DNA from: Flavobacteriales bacterium
GTDB taxonomy: Bacteria; Bacteroidota; Bacteroidia; Flavobacteriales_D; CAJJDF01
DNA: 64,000 nt
Assembly (NCBI GenBank): GCA_018609055.1
Contig: JABAYJ010000006.1
Span: 10,805-74,804, forward strand
Direction of reading: 5' to 3'
Shown here: positions 30,165 through 39,553 of the stretch, piece by piece
How the letters are laid out: the number at the start of each line of letters is the position of its first letter
Numbering within the stretch: the stretch's first letter is position 1
Position numbers and translations under genes: made by a program
The notes under the pieces: model-generated
Seen by the model: the letters and a program-made list of their open reading frames with translations, nothing else
What the model was told of the DNA's origin: nothing
Databases searched by the model: none

Positions 30165-32009
30165 ATGGAAAGCAATAAAGTGATTAATTACATAAAAGAA
30201 GTAGTGAAAAATATGCCAACCGATTGGTTAAAACTAACCACTCACAGACTGGATATTTATGACGAAAGTCGAGCTAAATCTCAGTTTTTAGATTTATTCG
30301 AGGGTTTATTTAACGCAAACAACTCGGAGCAATCGTCACTTAGCGAATTGCCAACAGCTTACGATTACATTAGGCTTGGGCATCCATTATCGTGTATTCT
30401 GGAATGGGGAATTGCCAACTTACAAGGGTTAAAACCAGAAAACGTAATTAGTTTTGATTCTAAAATAGTTCCTGTTTTAGCCATATTAAGAACCAATTTA
30501 TTAGCCAACAAAAAAACACAAATTACCTACACAGGAAGCTTGCCCGCTTCTTTTGATGCAGAGGTAATTAAAAGTGTGTACAACTACAATTTTGAACTTA
30601 AACAAATAGAAAGTGCTGATTCAGTTTCTGAGTTTGATGGTAGTACTGTTTTTATTTCTTCGCAAGAGGGAATTGCTAAAACTGAACTAAACGCTCACAT
30701 AGATTTTTATATCAACCTTCACGGAACTCTGGGAAGTATCTTGCTAGTAAACGGAGAACAAAACGAAAGTTACGTTTCTGCAATTCAGCATGTACGAAGA
30801 AGAGAAACAATTTCTATGACTCCAGTTAATAGTTTGGTTGCTCTTAATTCATTGATTGACAACTCTTCGTTCACTATCCCAAAAAGCAATGTAGAAGCAA
30901 ATAAAGCAAGTGTATTGGCTTCGATAAAAGAAATTACTGTGGCTCACACCAAGGCTTTGGTTGGATCGAGTGGATTATCGGTTCAGTATTTCATTATGAT
31001 GGGATTGATTCATGATGCCATGGAAAACCACCCAGGAAAAGCCATTAAATTTATAGTTCCTACAAACTGCTATGGCGGTACAAACGACCAAGCTAGGCGA
31101 GTTGCTGCTTGTATTGATAATGTAGAAGTAGTAGACTTAGCTGTAGATGGCGATAATGATATGGTACAAAGTATTGAGGCTGTTTTAGCTAAACTTGCTA
31201 CAGAAGATGCTATTCCTTACATCATTGCAGAAATACCAACCAACCCAAGAGTTGAAGTGCCAAACCTGGACGACTTGAGAGATGCTTTGAGTAAAGTACG
31301 TAAAACTGCGAATGGCGAAACGGCTATTGACCCAGTCTTTATTTTGGATCAAACATTTTGTCCAAACATTCACTTTTTGGGCGAAGGAGAAATACTTTCT
31401 TCGGTAAGAACAATCTCTTATGCTAGTGGAAGTAAATTCCCAAGTGGAGGAAAATGTACGGCTGGTTATTGTGTAGGAAACAAAAAAGCAGCTGCTTTAA
31501 TGCCACACATTGAACAACACATGATACTTTGCGACAATGAAGCGACTGAACTTCAGTACGAATATTTGGCTCAGCAATTACCATCCATGAACCAAAGAAT
31601 AGCAGATGCTTACAAAGACACACGTGAGTTTGTAAACTACATTCATGAGACTTTACCTACTGCAAAAATCAATTTTGTATCCGAGGAATTAGCCGAACAA
31701 GGATTTACTCCTTCTGTATTTTCATTGGATTTACCTACCAAAGGAAATACTCCTGAAGAAAAAGAGAATTACAAAAGAGAATTGAATCACAAATTGATTA
31801 ATTTGATGATTACCAAAATACCTGACGAAAGTAAATACTGCGTGAGTTATGGACAGCTGAAAGGGTGTTACTGGACAATTCCTGCAACTTCTACCCAAGG
31901 AACAACCAAAGAGGGCGACAAGGATTATATTGCCCGTGTGGCGCTTTCTGCTAATATGAATTTAGCAAAACACAAAGAAGTGTTTTTGGAGTTTGTTAAT
32001 GGTATTTAA
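30165..32009 (+). CDS. PLP-dependent enzyme-like protein (Cys/Met-metabolism fold), atypical 614-aa two-module form
   Basis: The C-terminal half has IAEIPTNPRVEVPNL, FILDQTF and SYASGSKFPSGG (candidate PLP lysine). The N-terminal ~230 aa (YDYIRLGHPLSCILEWGIANLQG) looks like a degenerate copy of the start of the same fold. Confidence 0.5.
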   Translation: MESNKVINYIKEVVKNMPTDWLKLTTHRLDIYDESRAKSQFLDLFEGLFNANNSEQSSLSELPTAYDYIRLGHPLSCILEWGIANLQGLKPENVISFDSKIVPVLAILRTNLLANKKTQITYTGSLPASFDAEVIKSVYNYNFELKQIESADSVSEFDGSTVFISSQEGIAKTELNAHIDFYINLHGTLGSILLVNGEQNESYVSAIQHVRRRETISMTPVNSLVALNSLIDNSSFTIPKSNVEANKASVLASIKEITVAHTKALVGSSGLSVQYFIMMGLIHDAMENHPGKAIKFIVPTNCYGGTNDQARRVAACIDNVEVVDLAVDGDNDMVQSIEAVLAKLATEDAIPYIIAEIPTNPRVEVPNLDDLRDALSKVRKTANGETAIDPVFILDQTFCPNIHFLGEGEILSSVRTISYASGSKFPSGGKCTAGYCVGNKKAAALMPHIEQHMILCDNEATELQYEYLAQQLPSMNQRIADAYKDTREFVNYIHETLPTAKINFVSEELAEQGFTPSVFSLDLPTKGNTPEEKENYKRELNHKLINLMITKIPDESKYCVSYGQLKGCYWTIPATSTQGTTKEGDKDYIARVALSANMNLAKHKEVFLEFVNGI

Positions 32010-32043
32010 TAATTGATTAAGTTTACTGGTAAATAACATTAAA

Positions 32044-33432
32044 ATGAAACACCTTTTAAAGCCAGCCTTATATTTACTGTTAACCCTTATTTTTTCGGAA
32101 TTGAATGGGCAGGTTTTAAATACTACCAACTATAGAGATACAACAGTACCTAGAATAGAAAAGAATCCTTCGCATTATGGATTTATTTATCCTATAGAAA
32201 AAGATTTTTATGATTCTGTTTCCTATACTCCTCCATTAGACGGAAGATTTTTTGTGCAAAATTATGGCCCTCGTACTCTAGGGAATTATGACAATCATCA
32301 AGGATCAGATATTTGGGGACATTCTTACCAAAATGGTGTTTTAACCTATAATCCTCCAGCATTATGTATGTGTGATGGAACTATAGAAAAGTTAACTGAT
32401 GGTCCAGATTCAACAATCGATTTAACGAGTGCTGGTAGAGTTCTTAGAATTCTTTGCGACAGTTTTTCTCAAGTCTTTTCTTCACCTATTCACATTGTAT
32501 ATTTGCATTTAGATAGTATTTCGAGTGCACTTTCACTTGGAGATAGAGTATCAAAAGGAGATACGATAGCTTATGTTGGAAAATCTGGAACTACTACTTT
32601 GACTCACTTACATTTTGATTATTATGCTATTCCAAACTTATGGGGTAATAGTTCTAGCAGAAAATGGTTAAATCCAATGCGATTATTTGATCCTGCTGAA
32701 CACCCTCATGTAGTAGGGAAACTGGATAATGTTCATATGGAAATATTAAAAGATTGGTCCGACAGTACTTTAATAAGAATACATTGGCCTCACAATCAAC
32801 ATATAAATAGGTATGAATTCACAAACGGAACTTATAACATTGTTTATGATGTGGAAGAAGTAAGAGCAAGTTATGCTGTATATGAACCTTCTATTTGGGC
32901 TCGTGATAGTATGAAAATATTTCCATACCGAACCAATGGATACCGTTCAGCTCTTTATTATCAAATAAACTATAACTATCCAGCAATTTTTCCAAACTCA
33001 CCAAATCGAGACACCAATTTGGCAATGTACGGATATCCTCACATTCCTCTTACGGCAGATTCGGTTGTAAATGTTTATGATTTTATGTTAGAAGGTGTTC
33101 CTAGCGGCCACAATGTAAATGATTGGGTTGTTAAAGTTACAGATGTTTGGGGCTATACTGTTGAAGGTAGTTTGTCATCCACAGATATTGAAGAATTGAA
33201 TTCTTCAGAAGTAGATTTCAAAATTTATCCAAATCCCGCATCAGATGTGATATCATTTGAGTTCGAAGGAGGTAATGAAATAAATTTCGTTAGTATTTCA
33301 ACTATCACTGGTGAATTGATGCTTACTAAGAAGTTGAAAAATAGTGGAGATACCATAGACGTAAGCCAACTATCTAATGGAGTATACCTAATTACCGTAA
33401 ATGGTAAAACAGTTAAGTTTATCAAAAACTAA
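32044..33432 (+). CDS. M23 family metallopeptidase with T9SS type A sorting domain
   Basis: Signal peptide. HQGSDIW and GKSGTTTLTHLHFDYY (HxxxD / HxH). C-terminal FKIYPNPASDVISFEF...SNGVYLITVNGKTVKFIKN. Confidence 0.8.
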   Translation: MKHLLKPALYLLLTLIFSELNGQVLNTTNYRDTTVPRIEKNPSHYGFIYPIEKDFYDSVSYTPPLDGRFFVQNYGPRTLGNYDNHQGSDIWGHSYQNGVLTYNPPALCMCDGTIEKLTDGPDSTIDLTSAGRVLRILCDSFSQVFSSPIHIVYLHLDSISSALSLGDRVSKGDTIAYVGKSGTTTLTHLHFDYYAIPNLWGNSSSRKWLNPMRLFDPAEHPHVVGKLDNVHMEILKDWSDSTLIRIHWPHNQHINRYEFTNGTYNIVYDVEEVRASYAVYEPSIWARDSMKIFPYRTNGYRSALYYQINYNYPAIFPNSPNRDTNLAMYGYPHIPLTADSVVNVYDFMLEGVPSGHNVNDWVVKVTDVWGYTVEGSLSSTDIEELNSSEVDFKIYPNPASDVISFEFEGGNEINFVSISTITGELMLTKKLKNSGDTIDVSQLSNGVYLITVNGKTVKFIKN

Positions 33433-33741
33433 ATACTACTAAAGTTACGGACAGCTAAAGGGCTGTGGTTTAGATATGACCCTAAAGTAGAAATCAAAAA
33501 ACTAAGTATTCCAATATTGATTACTCAGGGTAGCACTGATATTCAAGTAAAAACTGAGGAGGCAGAGAAGTTAAAGGAAGCCAATGAAAATTCAGATATA
33601 AAAATAATTAAGGGAATGAATCATATTTTGAAAGAATCTGTAATAGACAGACAGAAAAATATGCAAACCTATACTAATCCAAACTTAAAAATTAAAGAAG
33701 AATTAGTTTCAATAATTGTTGAATTTATAATGGAAAAATAA
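33433..33741 (+). pseudogene. C-terminal remnant of an alpha/beta hydrolase
   Basis: Open frame begins directly after the M23 stop, in the same frame: ...LWFRYDPKVEIKKLSIPILITQGSTDIQVKTEEAEKL...IKGMNHILKE (catalytic His region). There is no N-terminal nucleophile part. Confidence 0.55.
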
Positions 33742-33754
33742 AACATACAATACT

Positions 33755-34954
33755 TTAGTCCTTAATCATATCCACAATCTTCTGCCCTATTGCCAAACCT
33801 GCTGTTGCAGCTGGTGAAGGCGCATTTAATACGTGAATACTATTACCACTGTATTCGATTCTAAAATCATCACGAGTTTCTCCTTTTACACCCAATAATT
33901 GAGCTCTCACTCCACTTCTTCCCTTTTTCAAATCATCCATTTCTAACGAAGGAATCATTCTCTGTAGGGTTTCTAAAAACAACTTTTTAGAAAATGCTCT
34001 TCGGTATTCCATCCAGGCATATTTGGTGTTTTCGGTTAGTAATTTCCATGTTCCTAAGTAACTCAATGCATCTGCTGTATCTTTTAAACTAAAAGAAGTT
34101 CGGCTATACCCTTCTCTCTTGAAAGAGAAAACAGCATTGGGTCCACATTCTATTTCTCCATCAGTCATTCTCGTAAAATGGACTCCCAAAAATGGAAAAT
34201 CTGGATTAGGAACTGGGTAAATTAAATGCTTTACTTTATGCTTTGCTTGATCAGTTAATTCGTAATAATCTCCTCTAAAAGGAACTACTTTTTCTTTTAA
34301 ATCAACTCCATCTTTTTTTGCTAATCTATCTGCTTGCAATCCTCCACAAAAAATCAATCTCTTAGCTTCATAACTTCCTTTGTTAGTTATCAGTTTGGAG
34401 ATTTCTCCTTTTTCGATTCCTTTAACTTCTTCTCCTAATTTAATTTCAGCAGGAAATGTGTGTGCTTTTATTAAATCAGCTAATTTGTGAACCGTAGCTC
34501 GGTAATCAATTATTCCAGTACAAGCAACATGAATTCCTCCAATAGATTCTACAAAAGGTTCTATTTGCTTTACTTCTTCAGCTGATATCTTTGTAATTCC
34601 CTCAGTTTGGTTTGCAATTCCATTATCATAAATCTTGTTCATGAACGGCAATTCCTTTTCCTCAGTTGCTACTATTACCTTTCCACATACATCATGGGGA
34701 ACGTTATATTTTTGAGCAAATGCAACTAATTCATGTCTTCCCTCTCTACAGTTTTCAGCTTTAAGTGAACCAGGAGTATAATACAACCCCGAGTGAATTA
34801 CTCCTGAATTATTACCAGTTTGATGTGCAGATAATTCATTTTCTTTCTCAATAACCAAAACTTTGGCTTGAGGAAACTTAAGAGTTAATTTATAGGCTGT
34901 AGATAATCCTACAATTCCTCCTCCCACAACTGCGTAATCATATATTTGAGACAT
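33755..34954 (-). CDS. lhgO: L-2-hydroxyglutarate oxidase
   Basis: YDYAVVGGGIVGLSTAYKL, HQTGNNSGVIHSGLYYTPGSLKA. ATG at 34954 is preferred over 35008. Confidence 0.85.
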   Translation of the reverse strand: MSQIYDYAVVGGGIVGLSTAYKLTLKFPQAKVLVIEKENELSAHQTGNNSGVIHSGLYYTPGSLKAENCREGRHELVAFAQKYNVPHDVCGKVIVATEEKELPFMNKIYDNGIANQTEGITKISAEEVKQIEPFVESIGGIHVACTGIIDYRATVHKLADLIKAHTFPAEIKLGEEVKGIEKGEISKLITNKGSYEAKRLIFCGGLQADRLAKKDGVDLKEKVVPFRGDYYELTDQAKHKVKHLIYPVPNPDFPFLGVHFTRMTDGEIECGPNAVFSFKREGYSRTSFSLKDTADALSYLGTWKLLTENTKYAWMEYRRAFSKKLFLETLQRMIPSLEMDDLKKGRSGVRAQLLGVKGETRDDFRIEYSGNSIHVLNAPSPAATAGLAIGQKIVDMIKD

Positions 34955-35015
34955 AAAAATTCTTGTTTTATAAGGACAAAGATAAAAATATACCAACTCA
35001 AAAGACAACTATTAC

Positions 35016-35023
35016 TATCTTTG
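35016..35023 (+). promoter_or_regulatory. candidate -7 box (TATCTTTG)
   Basis: Exact TAnnTTTG, 29 nt upstream of the ATG at 35052. Confidence 0.4.
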
Positions 35024-35051
35024 AAATCAACAACAAAAAGTAATAAGCTAA

Positions 35052-35453
35052 ATGGATTTTTCGACTGACATAAAAATAAGAGGTTTTCATATTGATGTAT
35101 TTGGACACATGAACAATGCACGATATTTAGAACTAATGGAAGATGCCAGATGGCAATACATTGACGCTACCAACTTTCAAGATTATTTAACGGAACACAA
35201 TTGGGGATTTGCTGTTGTAAACATCAATATTTCTTACAAACGACCTGCTCACAATGGAGATATCATTACGTTTGAAGTGAATATGAAACGAATGGGAAAC
35301 TCTAGTATGACGGTAGACCAAATCATGAAAAACAAAAAAACTGGAGTTGTAATTGCCGAAGCAGAAGTAACTTTTGTTGTGTTGGATTTAGCAACTCACA
35401 GGCCTGCACGAATTACTGAAGAAGTGAAATATGCTTTTGTAACGCCAAAATAA
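35052..35453 (+). CDS. acyl-CoA thioesterase (4HBT/YbgC-like hotdog fold)
   Basis: IRGFHIDVFGHMNNARYLELMEDARW. 133 aa. Confidence 0.8.
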   Translation: MDFSTDIKIRGFHIDVFGHMNNARYLELMEDARWQYIDATNFQDYLTEHNWGFAVVNINISYKRPAHNGDIITFEVNMKRMGNSSMTVDQIMKNKKTGVVIAEAEVTFVVLDLATHRPARITEEVKYAFVTPK

Positions 35454-35459
35454 ATCGAG

Positions 35460-35936
35460 ATGAACATCAAATTAATAGTAGTAGGAAAAACGGACAAATC
35501 ATATTTTAGCGAAGCTGAAAATGAATACTTGAACAGATTAAAACACTACATTAAAGTTAATTACATCACTATTCCTGAGTTAAAAAAAACAAAGAATTTA
35601 TCTCCTGCTCAAATAACTACCAAAGAAGGCGAATTGATTTTGAAACATCTTAACCCAACAGATGATGTTTGGTTGATGGATGAAAAAGGGAAGCAAAAAA
35701 CTTCGGTTCAATTTTCAGATTTTTTACAAAAAAAAATGAATCAAGGAATAAAAGATTTAGTCTTTATAATTGGAGGAGCTTATGGATTTTCGGATGAAAT
35801 TTACGCTAAGTATCCTAGTAAATTCAGTTTGTCTAACATGACTTTTTCTCATCAAATGATTCGTACATTTTTACTGGAACAAATTTATAGAGGAATGACA
35901 ATTCTTAAAGGTCAGCCATATCATAATGAAGGATAA
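35460..35936 (+). CDS. rlmH: 23S rRNA (pseudouridine1915-N3)-methyltransferase
   Basis: SPOUT fold. LVFIIGGAYGFSDE, SNMTFSHQM.R..L.EQIYR. Confidence 0.9.
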   Translation: MNIKLIVVGKTDKSYFSEAENEYLNRLKHYIKVNYITIPELKKTKNLSPAQITTKEGELILKHLNPTDDVWLMDEKGKQKTSVQFSDFLQKKMNQGIKDLVFIIGGAYGFSDEIYAKYPSKFSLSNMTFSHQMIRTFLLEQIYRGMTILKGQPYHNEG

Positions 35937-36011
35937 ATTGAAGTCAACTATTTGATTCAAAAAACTGTAAGTTTGTATATCAAACTTAGTCTACAAAACA
36001 AAAAAAGAAGA

Positions 36012-37127
36012 ATGAAGATAGGAATTGTATTGTACCCAACATACGGAGGAAGTGGCGTAGTTGCTACCGAATTAGGAAAGGAGTTAGCAGAAAAAGGACA
36101 TCAAATACACTTTATCTCCTATAGTTTTCCTGTGAGATTGGACGTACACAACAGTAATATATTTTACCATGAAGTACGTGTAAATAGTTACCCACTTTTT
36201 AAATATCCTCCTTACGAATCGGCTTTAACTAGTAAGCTTGTTGATGTTATTAGATTTGAAAAACTGGATGTACTTCACCTTCATTATGCTATTCCTCATG
36301 CTTCGGCAGCTCACATGGCTCAGCAAATTTTGAAAGAAGAAGGAATTCATATTCCATTTATAACAACATTACACGGAACGGATATAACTTTGGTAGGAAG
36401 AGATCCATTTTTTAAACCAATTATTACTTACTCAATAAACCAATCGAATGCCGTAACTACAGTATCTCAGAGTCTTAAAGACGATACTTACAAGTATTTT
36501 AATATTAAAAATGGAATTGATGTAATACCAAATTTCATTTGTATTAAGGACATAGAATTTTCTATTGATAGAACTAAATATGCCAAAGATGATGAACTTA
36601 TTTTATGTCATGTTTCGAATTTCAGAAAGGTAAAAAGAGTACAAGATGTTATTAAAATTTTTGCCAAAGTAAGAGAAAAGATAAACTGTAAACTGATATT
36701 AGTTGGAGATGGTCCAGAGAGGGATAACATGGAAATACTTTGTAGAGAACTTGGTACTGGCAAAGACACTAGCTTTATTGGAACTGTAAACAACACTACT
36801 GAAATTTTATCGATTGCAGATTTATTTTTACTCCCATCCGAAACAGAAAGTTTTGGGTTATCAGCATTGGAAGCAATGGCAGTTGGAGTTCCTGTAGTAT
36901 CAACTAACACTGGAGGAATACCAGAAGTAAACGAACATAATTTCTCTGGCATGACTAGTAATGTGGGAGATGTTGATGATATGGCAAAAAATGCTATTTA
37001 CATTTTAGAGGATAAAGAAAGGCATGAAACTTTCAGTAAAAACGCTTTAAAAAAAGCTGCTGAATTCGATTTGAATGAAGTTGTGGAACAATATGTAACT
37101 TTGTACAAGAAAGTTATTAATCAATGA
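36012..37127 (+). CDS. bshA: N-acetyl-alpha-D-glucosaminyl L-malate synthase (bacillithiol biosynthesis glycosyltransferase)
   Basis: MKIGIVLYPTYGGSGVVATELGKELAEKGH, HLHYAIPHA, LLPSETESFGLSALEAMA.GVPV. Confidence 0.85.
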   Translation: MKIGIVLYPTYGGSGVVATELGKELAEKGHQIHFISYSFPVRLDVHNSNIFYHEVRVNSYPLFKYPPYESALTSKLVDVIRFEKLDVLHLHYAIPHASAAHMAQQILKEEGIHIPFITTLHGTDITLVGRDPFFKPIITYSINQSNAVTTVSQSLKDDTYKYFNIKNGIDVIPNFICIKDIEFSIDRTKYAKDDELILCHVSNFRKVKRVQDVIKIFAKVREKINCKLILVGDGPERDNMEILCRELGTGKDTSFIGTVNNTTEILSIADLFLLPSETESFGLSALEAMAVGVPVVSTNTGGIPEVNEHNFSGMTSNVGDVDDMAKNAIYILEDKERHETFSKNALKKAAEFDLNEVVEQYVTLYKKVINQ

Positions 37128-37798
37128 AAAAAGAACTGATAGAATACCTGTCGCAATTTGCACACGAAAATAGAGTTGATTTATTCAATGAAAAAATTGA
37201 ACAGAGAACCAATCATGTAACGTTAGTTTTAGAAGATATATACCAGGCTCAAAATACGAGTGCTGCAATTAGAACTTCTGATTGTTTTGGAATCCAAAAT
37301 GTGCATGTTATTGAAAACAGCAATGAATTTAATGTTTACAAAGACATTACTCTTGGCTCATCCAATTGGCTCAACATCAATAAATACAATAAAGAAGAAA
37401 ACAACTCAAAAGCTTGTTTCGATTCACTTAAAAAACAAGGATATAAAATTGTCGCTACTTCTCCACTTCAACATCATGACTCTGTTTTTGAATTTAGTGT
37501 GGATGATAAAATTGCTTTGGTATTAGGAAATGAGCTCAATGGAATTTCGGAAATAGCGAAGCAAGAAGCTGACGAATTTATTACGATTCCTATGTATGGA
37601 TTTACCGAGAGTTTTAATATATCCGTATCGGCAGCCCTTTGTTTATCAGAAATTTCTAAAAGAGTTAGAGAGTCGGATATTGACTGGAAACTATCCGAAG
37701 AAGAAAAGAATGACGTGCTTATTAAGTGGTATAAACATTCGATAAAACACGGAAAAAAATTGGCAAAAGAATTCAAAAAAAACTTTAAAGAAAAATAA
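37124..37798 (+). CDS. TrmH/SpoU family RNA 2'-O-methyltransferase
   Basis: LVLEDIYQAQNTSAAIRTSD, LVLGNELNGIS, IPMYGFTESFNISVSAA. Confidence 0.8.
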   Translation: MKKELIEYLSQFAHENRVDLFNEKIEQRTNHVTLVLEDIYQAQNTSAAIRTSDCFGIQNVHVIENSNEFNVYKDITLGSSNWLNINKYNKEENNSKACFDSLKKQGYKIVATSPLQHHDSVFEFSVDDKIALVLGNELNGISEIAKQEADEFITIPMYGFTESFNISVSAALCLSEISKRVRESDIDWKLSEEEKNDVLIKWYKHSIKHGKKLAKEFKKNFKEK

Positions 37799-37854
37799 CT
37801 GAATTAAGGATTAAAAAATTAGCAAATTCCTAAGGTTAAAAATAAAGGAATCCC

Positions 37855-37862
37855 TATATTTG
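37855..37862 (+). promoter_or_regulatory. candidate -7 box (TATATTTG)
   Basis: Exact TAnnTTTG, 37 nt upstream of the ATG at 37899. Confidence 0.4.
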
Positions 37863-37898
37863 TCGCTTATTAGAAAATTATAGAACACAACCACTATT

Positions 37899-38243
37899 AT
37901 GGGAAAAGGAGATAAAAGATCAAAAAAAGGAAAAAGAATAATTAAAACTTGGGGAGTTCATAGACCAAGAACCGATAAAAACAGTGTTGCACCAGTAGCA
38001 ACTAAGAAAAAAGCTACTAAAGCAAAAGCAGCTCCAAAAAAAGAAGCAGCTAAGAAAGAAGAGGTGAAAGAAGAAGTGGTAGCAGCAGTTGCAGCTCCAA
38101 AAAAAGAAGCAGCTAAGAAAAAAAGTAAGTCAAACGATATTTCTTCAAACACTGTTCCTGAATTAAAAGCAATGGCTAAAGAAAAAGGTATTACAGGTTA
38201 TACTTCTATGAAGAAAGCTGAATTAATTACTGCTTTAAGTTAA
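37899..38243 (+). CDS. ribosomal protein THX-like N-terminus fused to a Lys/Ala-rich linker and a Rho_N/SAP-like C-terminal domain
   Basis: MGKGDKRSKKGKRIIKTWGVHRPR resembles THX (MGKGD.R...GK...G.YG..RPR). A middle AAPKKEAAKK repeat. C-terminal ELKAMAKEKGITGYTSMKKAELITAL resembles the Rho N-terminal helical domain. Confidence 0.6.
   Translation: MGKGDKRSKKGKRIIKTWGVHRPRTDKNSVAPVATKKKATKAKAAPKKEAAKKEEVKEEVVAAVAAPKKEAAKKKSKSNDISSNTVPELKAMAKEKGITGYTSMKKAELITALS
38028..38120 (+). repeat. perfect 30-bp direct repeat (two copies, 63 bp apart start to start) inside the CDS
   Basis: GCAGCTCCAAAAAAAGAAGCAGCTAAGAAA at 38028-38057 and 38091-38120. Confidence 0.85.
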
Positions 38244-38308
38244 TCTTTAACATAAAACAAAATTTTTGGGGTAAAATGTAATAATTAACTTCAACATTAT
38301 ATTTAAAA

Positions 38309-38341
38309 GGGAAACAATTAATTTTGATTCCCTTTTTTTTT
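38309..38341 (+). terminator. rho-independent terminator
   Basis: GGGAAACAA-TTAATT-TTGATTCCC (one mismatch) followed by T9. Confidence 0.65.
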
Positions 38342-38348
38342 GATTAAA

Positions 38349-39128
38349 ATGAAAGTAACAGATCAATTAAATAGAACCATAGAAATTCCCGATTCGTGTA
38401 AACGAATAGTTTCTTTGGTGCCATCACAAACTGAACTATTAGTTGATTTAGGACTAGAAGATAGGCTTGTTGGTGTAACTAAGTTCTGTATTCATCCTAA
38501 AGGATTGAAACAAGCTAAAACAGTCATTGGTGGAACTAAGAATTTTAATTTTGATAAAATTAAAGCGCTTAATCCAGATTTAATTATTGGCAATAAAGAG
38601 GAAAACTACAAAGAAGGAATTGAGGAACTAGCCAAAGATTATCCTGTTTGGATGAGCGACATCTTTACTATTGATGATGCTCAAAACATGATTTCTTCTA
38701 TTGGTGAAATAACAAATACCAAACAACAAGCGGATGAGCTAAACAAGCTTATTTCTGTTGAAATAAGTACACTTAATTCAAAAATTAGCAAACCTAAGAA
38801 AGCACTTTACTTTATTTGGAAAAATCCTTACATGGTTGCTGGAAGCAATAACTACATTAATGAAATGCTCCGTTTGGATGGATATCAAAACCTATGTAAT
38901 TCAAAAGAGTTCTCGCGTTATCCTGAACTAACAGAAAATCAAATTAAAGAAATAGCGCCAGAAGAAATATTATTATCCTCTGAACCGTTTCCCTTTAAAG
39001 AAAAACACATTGCCGAAATACAGCAATTAGCTCCCAATGCGGTTATCAAAATTGTAGATGGAGAATTGTACTCTTGGTATGGATCAAGATTGCTGAAAGC
39101 TCTCCGAGATTTTAATTCCACAAAGTAA
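38349..39128 (+). CDS. helical-backbone metal receptor / cobalamin- or siderophore-type ABC substrate-binding protein
   Basis: RIVSLVPSQTELLVDLGLEDRLVGVT, LNPDLIIGNKEEN. ATG at 38349 is preferred over the TTG at 38340. Confidence 0.7.
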   Translation: MKVTDQLNRTIEIPDSCKRIVSLVPSQTELLVDLGLEDRLVGVTKFCIHPKGLKQAKTVIGGTKNFNFDKIKALNPDLIIGNKEENYKEGIEELAKDYPVWMSDIFTIDDAQNMISSIGEITNTKQQADELNKLISVEISTLNSKISKPKKALYFIWKNPYMVAGSNNYINEMLRLDGYQNLCNSKEFSRYPELTENQIKEIAPEEILLSSEPFPFKEKHIAEIQQLAPNAVIKIVDGELYSWYGSRLLKALRDFNSTK

Positions 39129-39553
39129 TGGATAAAAAACAAACAATAAAAATTGCGAAAAACATACTCCTGGGAAAGAACAAGCCTTCTGCCCTACTTC
39201 GCTTTTTATGTTGGTTTACATTAATTTGGGATGGGTTATTACTCCTTTACTTTTTTAGCTCAGCAATAGTATTCTGGGTTAGTGATATTAGTTTTTCTGA
39301 CAATCCTTTGCTCGAAGGATTCACCAAAGAGTTTTGTTTTACTTTAGGAGTAATTCACTCGGTTTCCTTTTTATCTGCAGCCTTAATGTATCGATTAAAG
39401 AAGACTGGATTTTATCTGTATGTTATCGCCAACATTAGTTTGGTAGTAGCTCCATTTATTTATCTAAACTCCATCAAAGCAGATTATATAGTTGTGGTAT
39501 TTACACTAATTATGATTGGGCTTTTTACTAGTCAGTTTAAGAAATTGAGCTAA
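39128..39553 (+). CDS. hypothetical membrane protein
   Basis: Four predicted hydrophobic helices. The start overlaps the previous stop (TAATG). Confidence 0.5.
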   Translation: MDKKQTIKIAKNILLGKNKPSALLRFLCWFTLIWDGLLLLYFFSSAIVFWVSDISFSDNPLLEGFTKEFCFTLGVIHSVSFLSAALMYRLKKTGFYLYVIANISLVVAPFIYLNSIKADYIVVVFTLIMIGLFTSQFKKLS

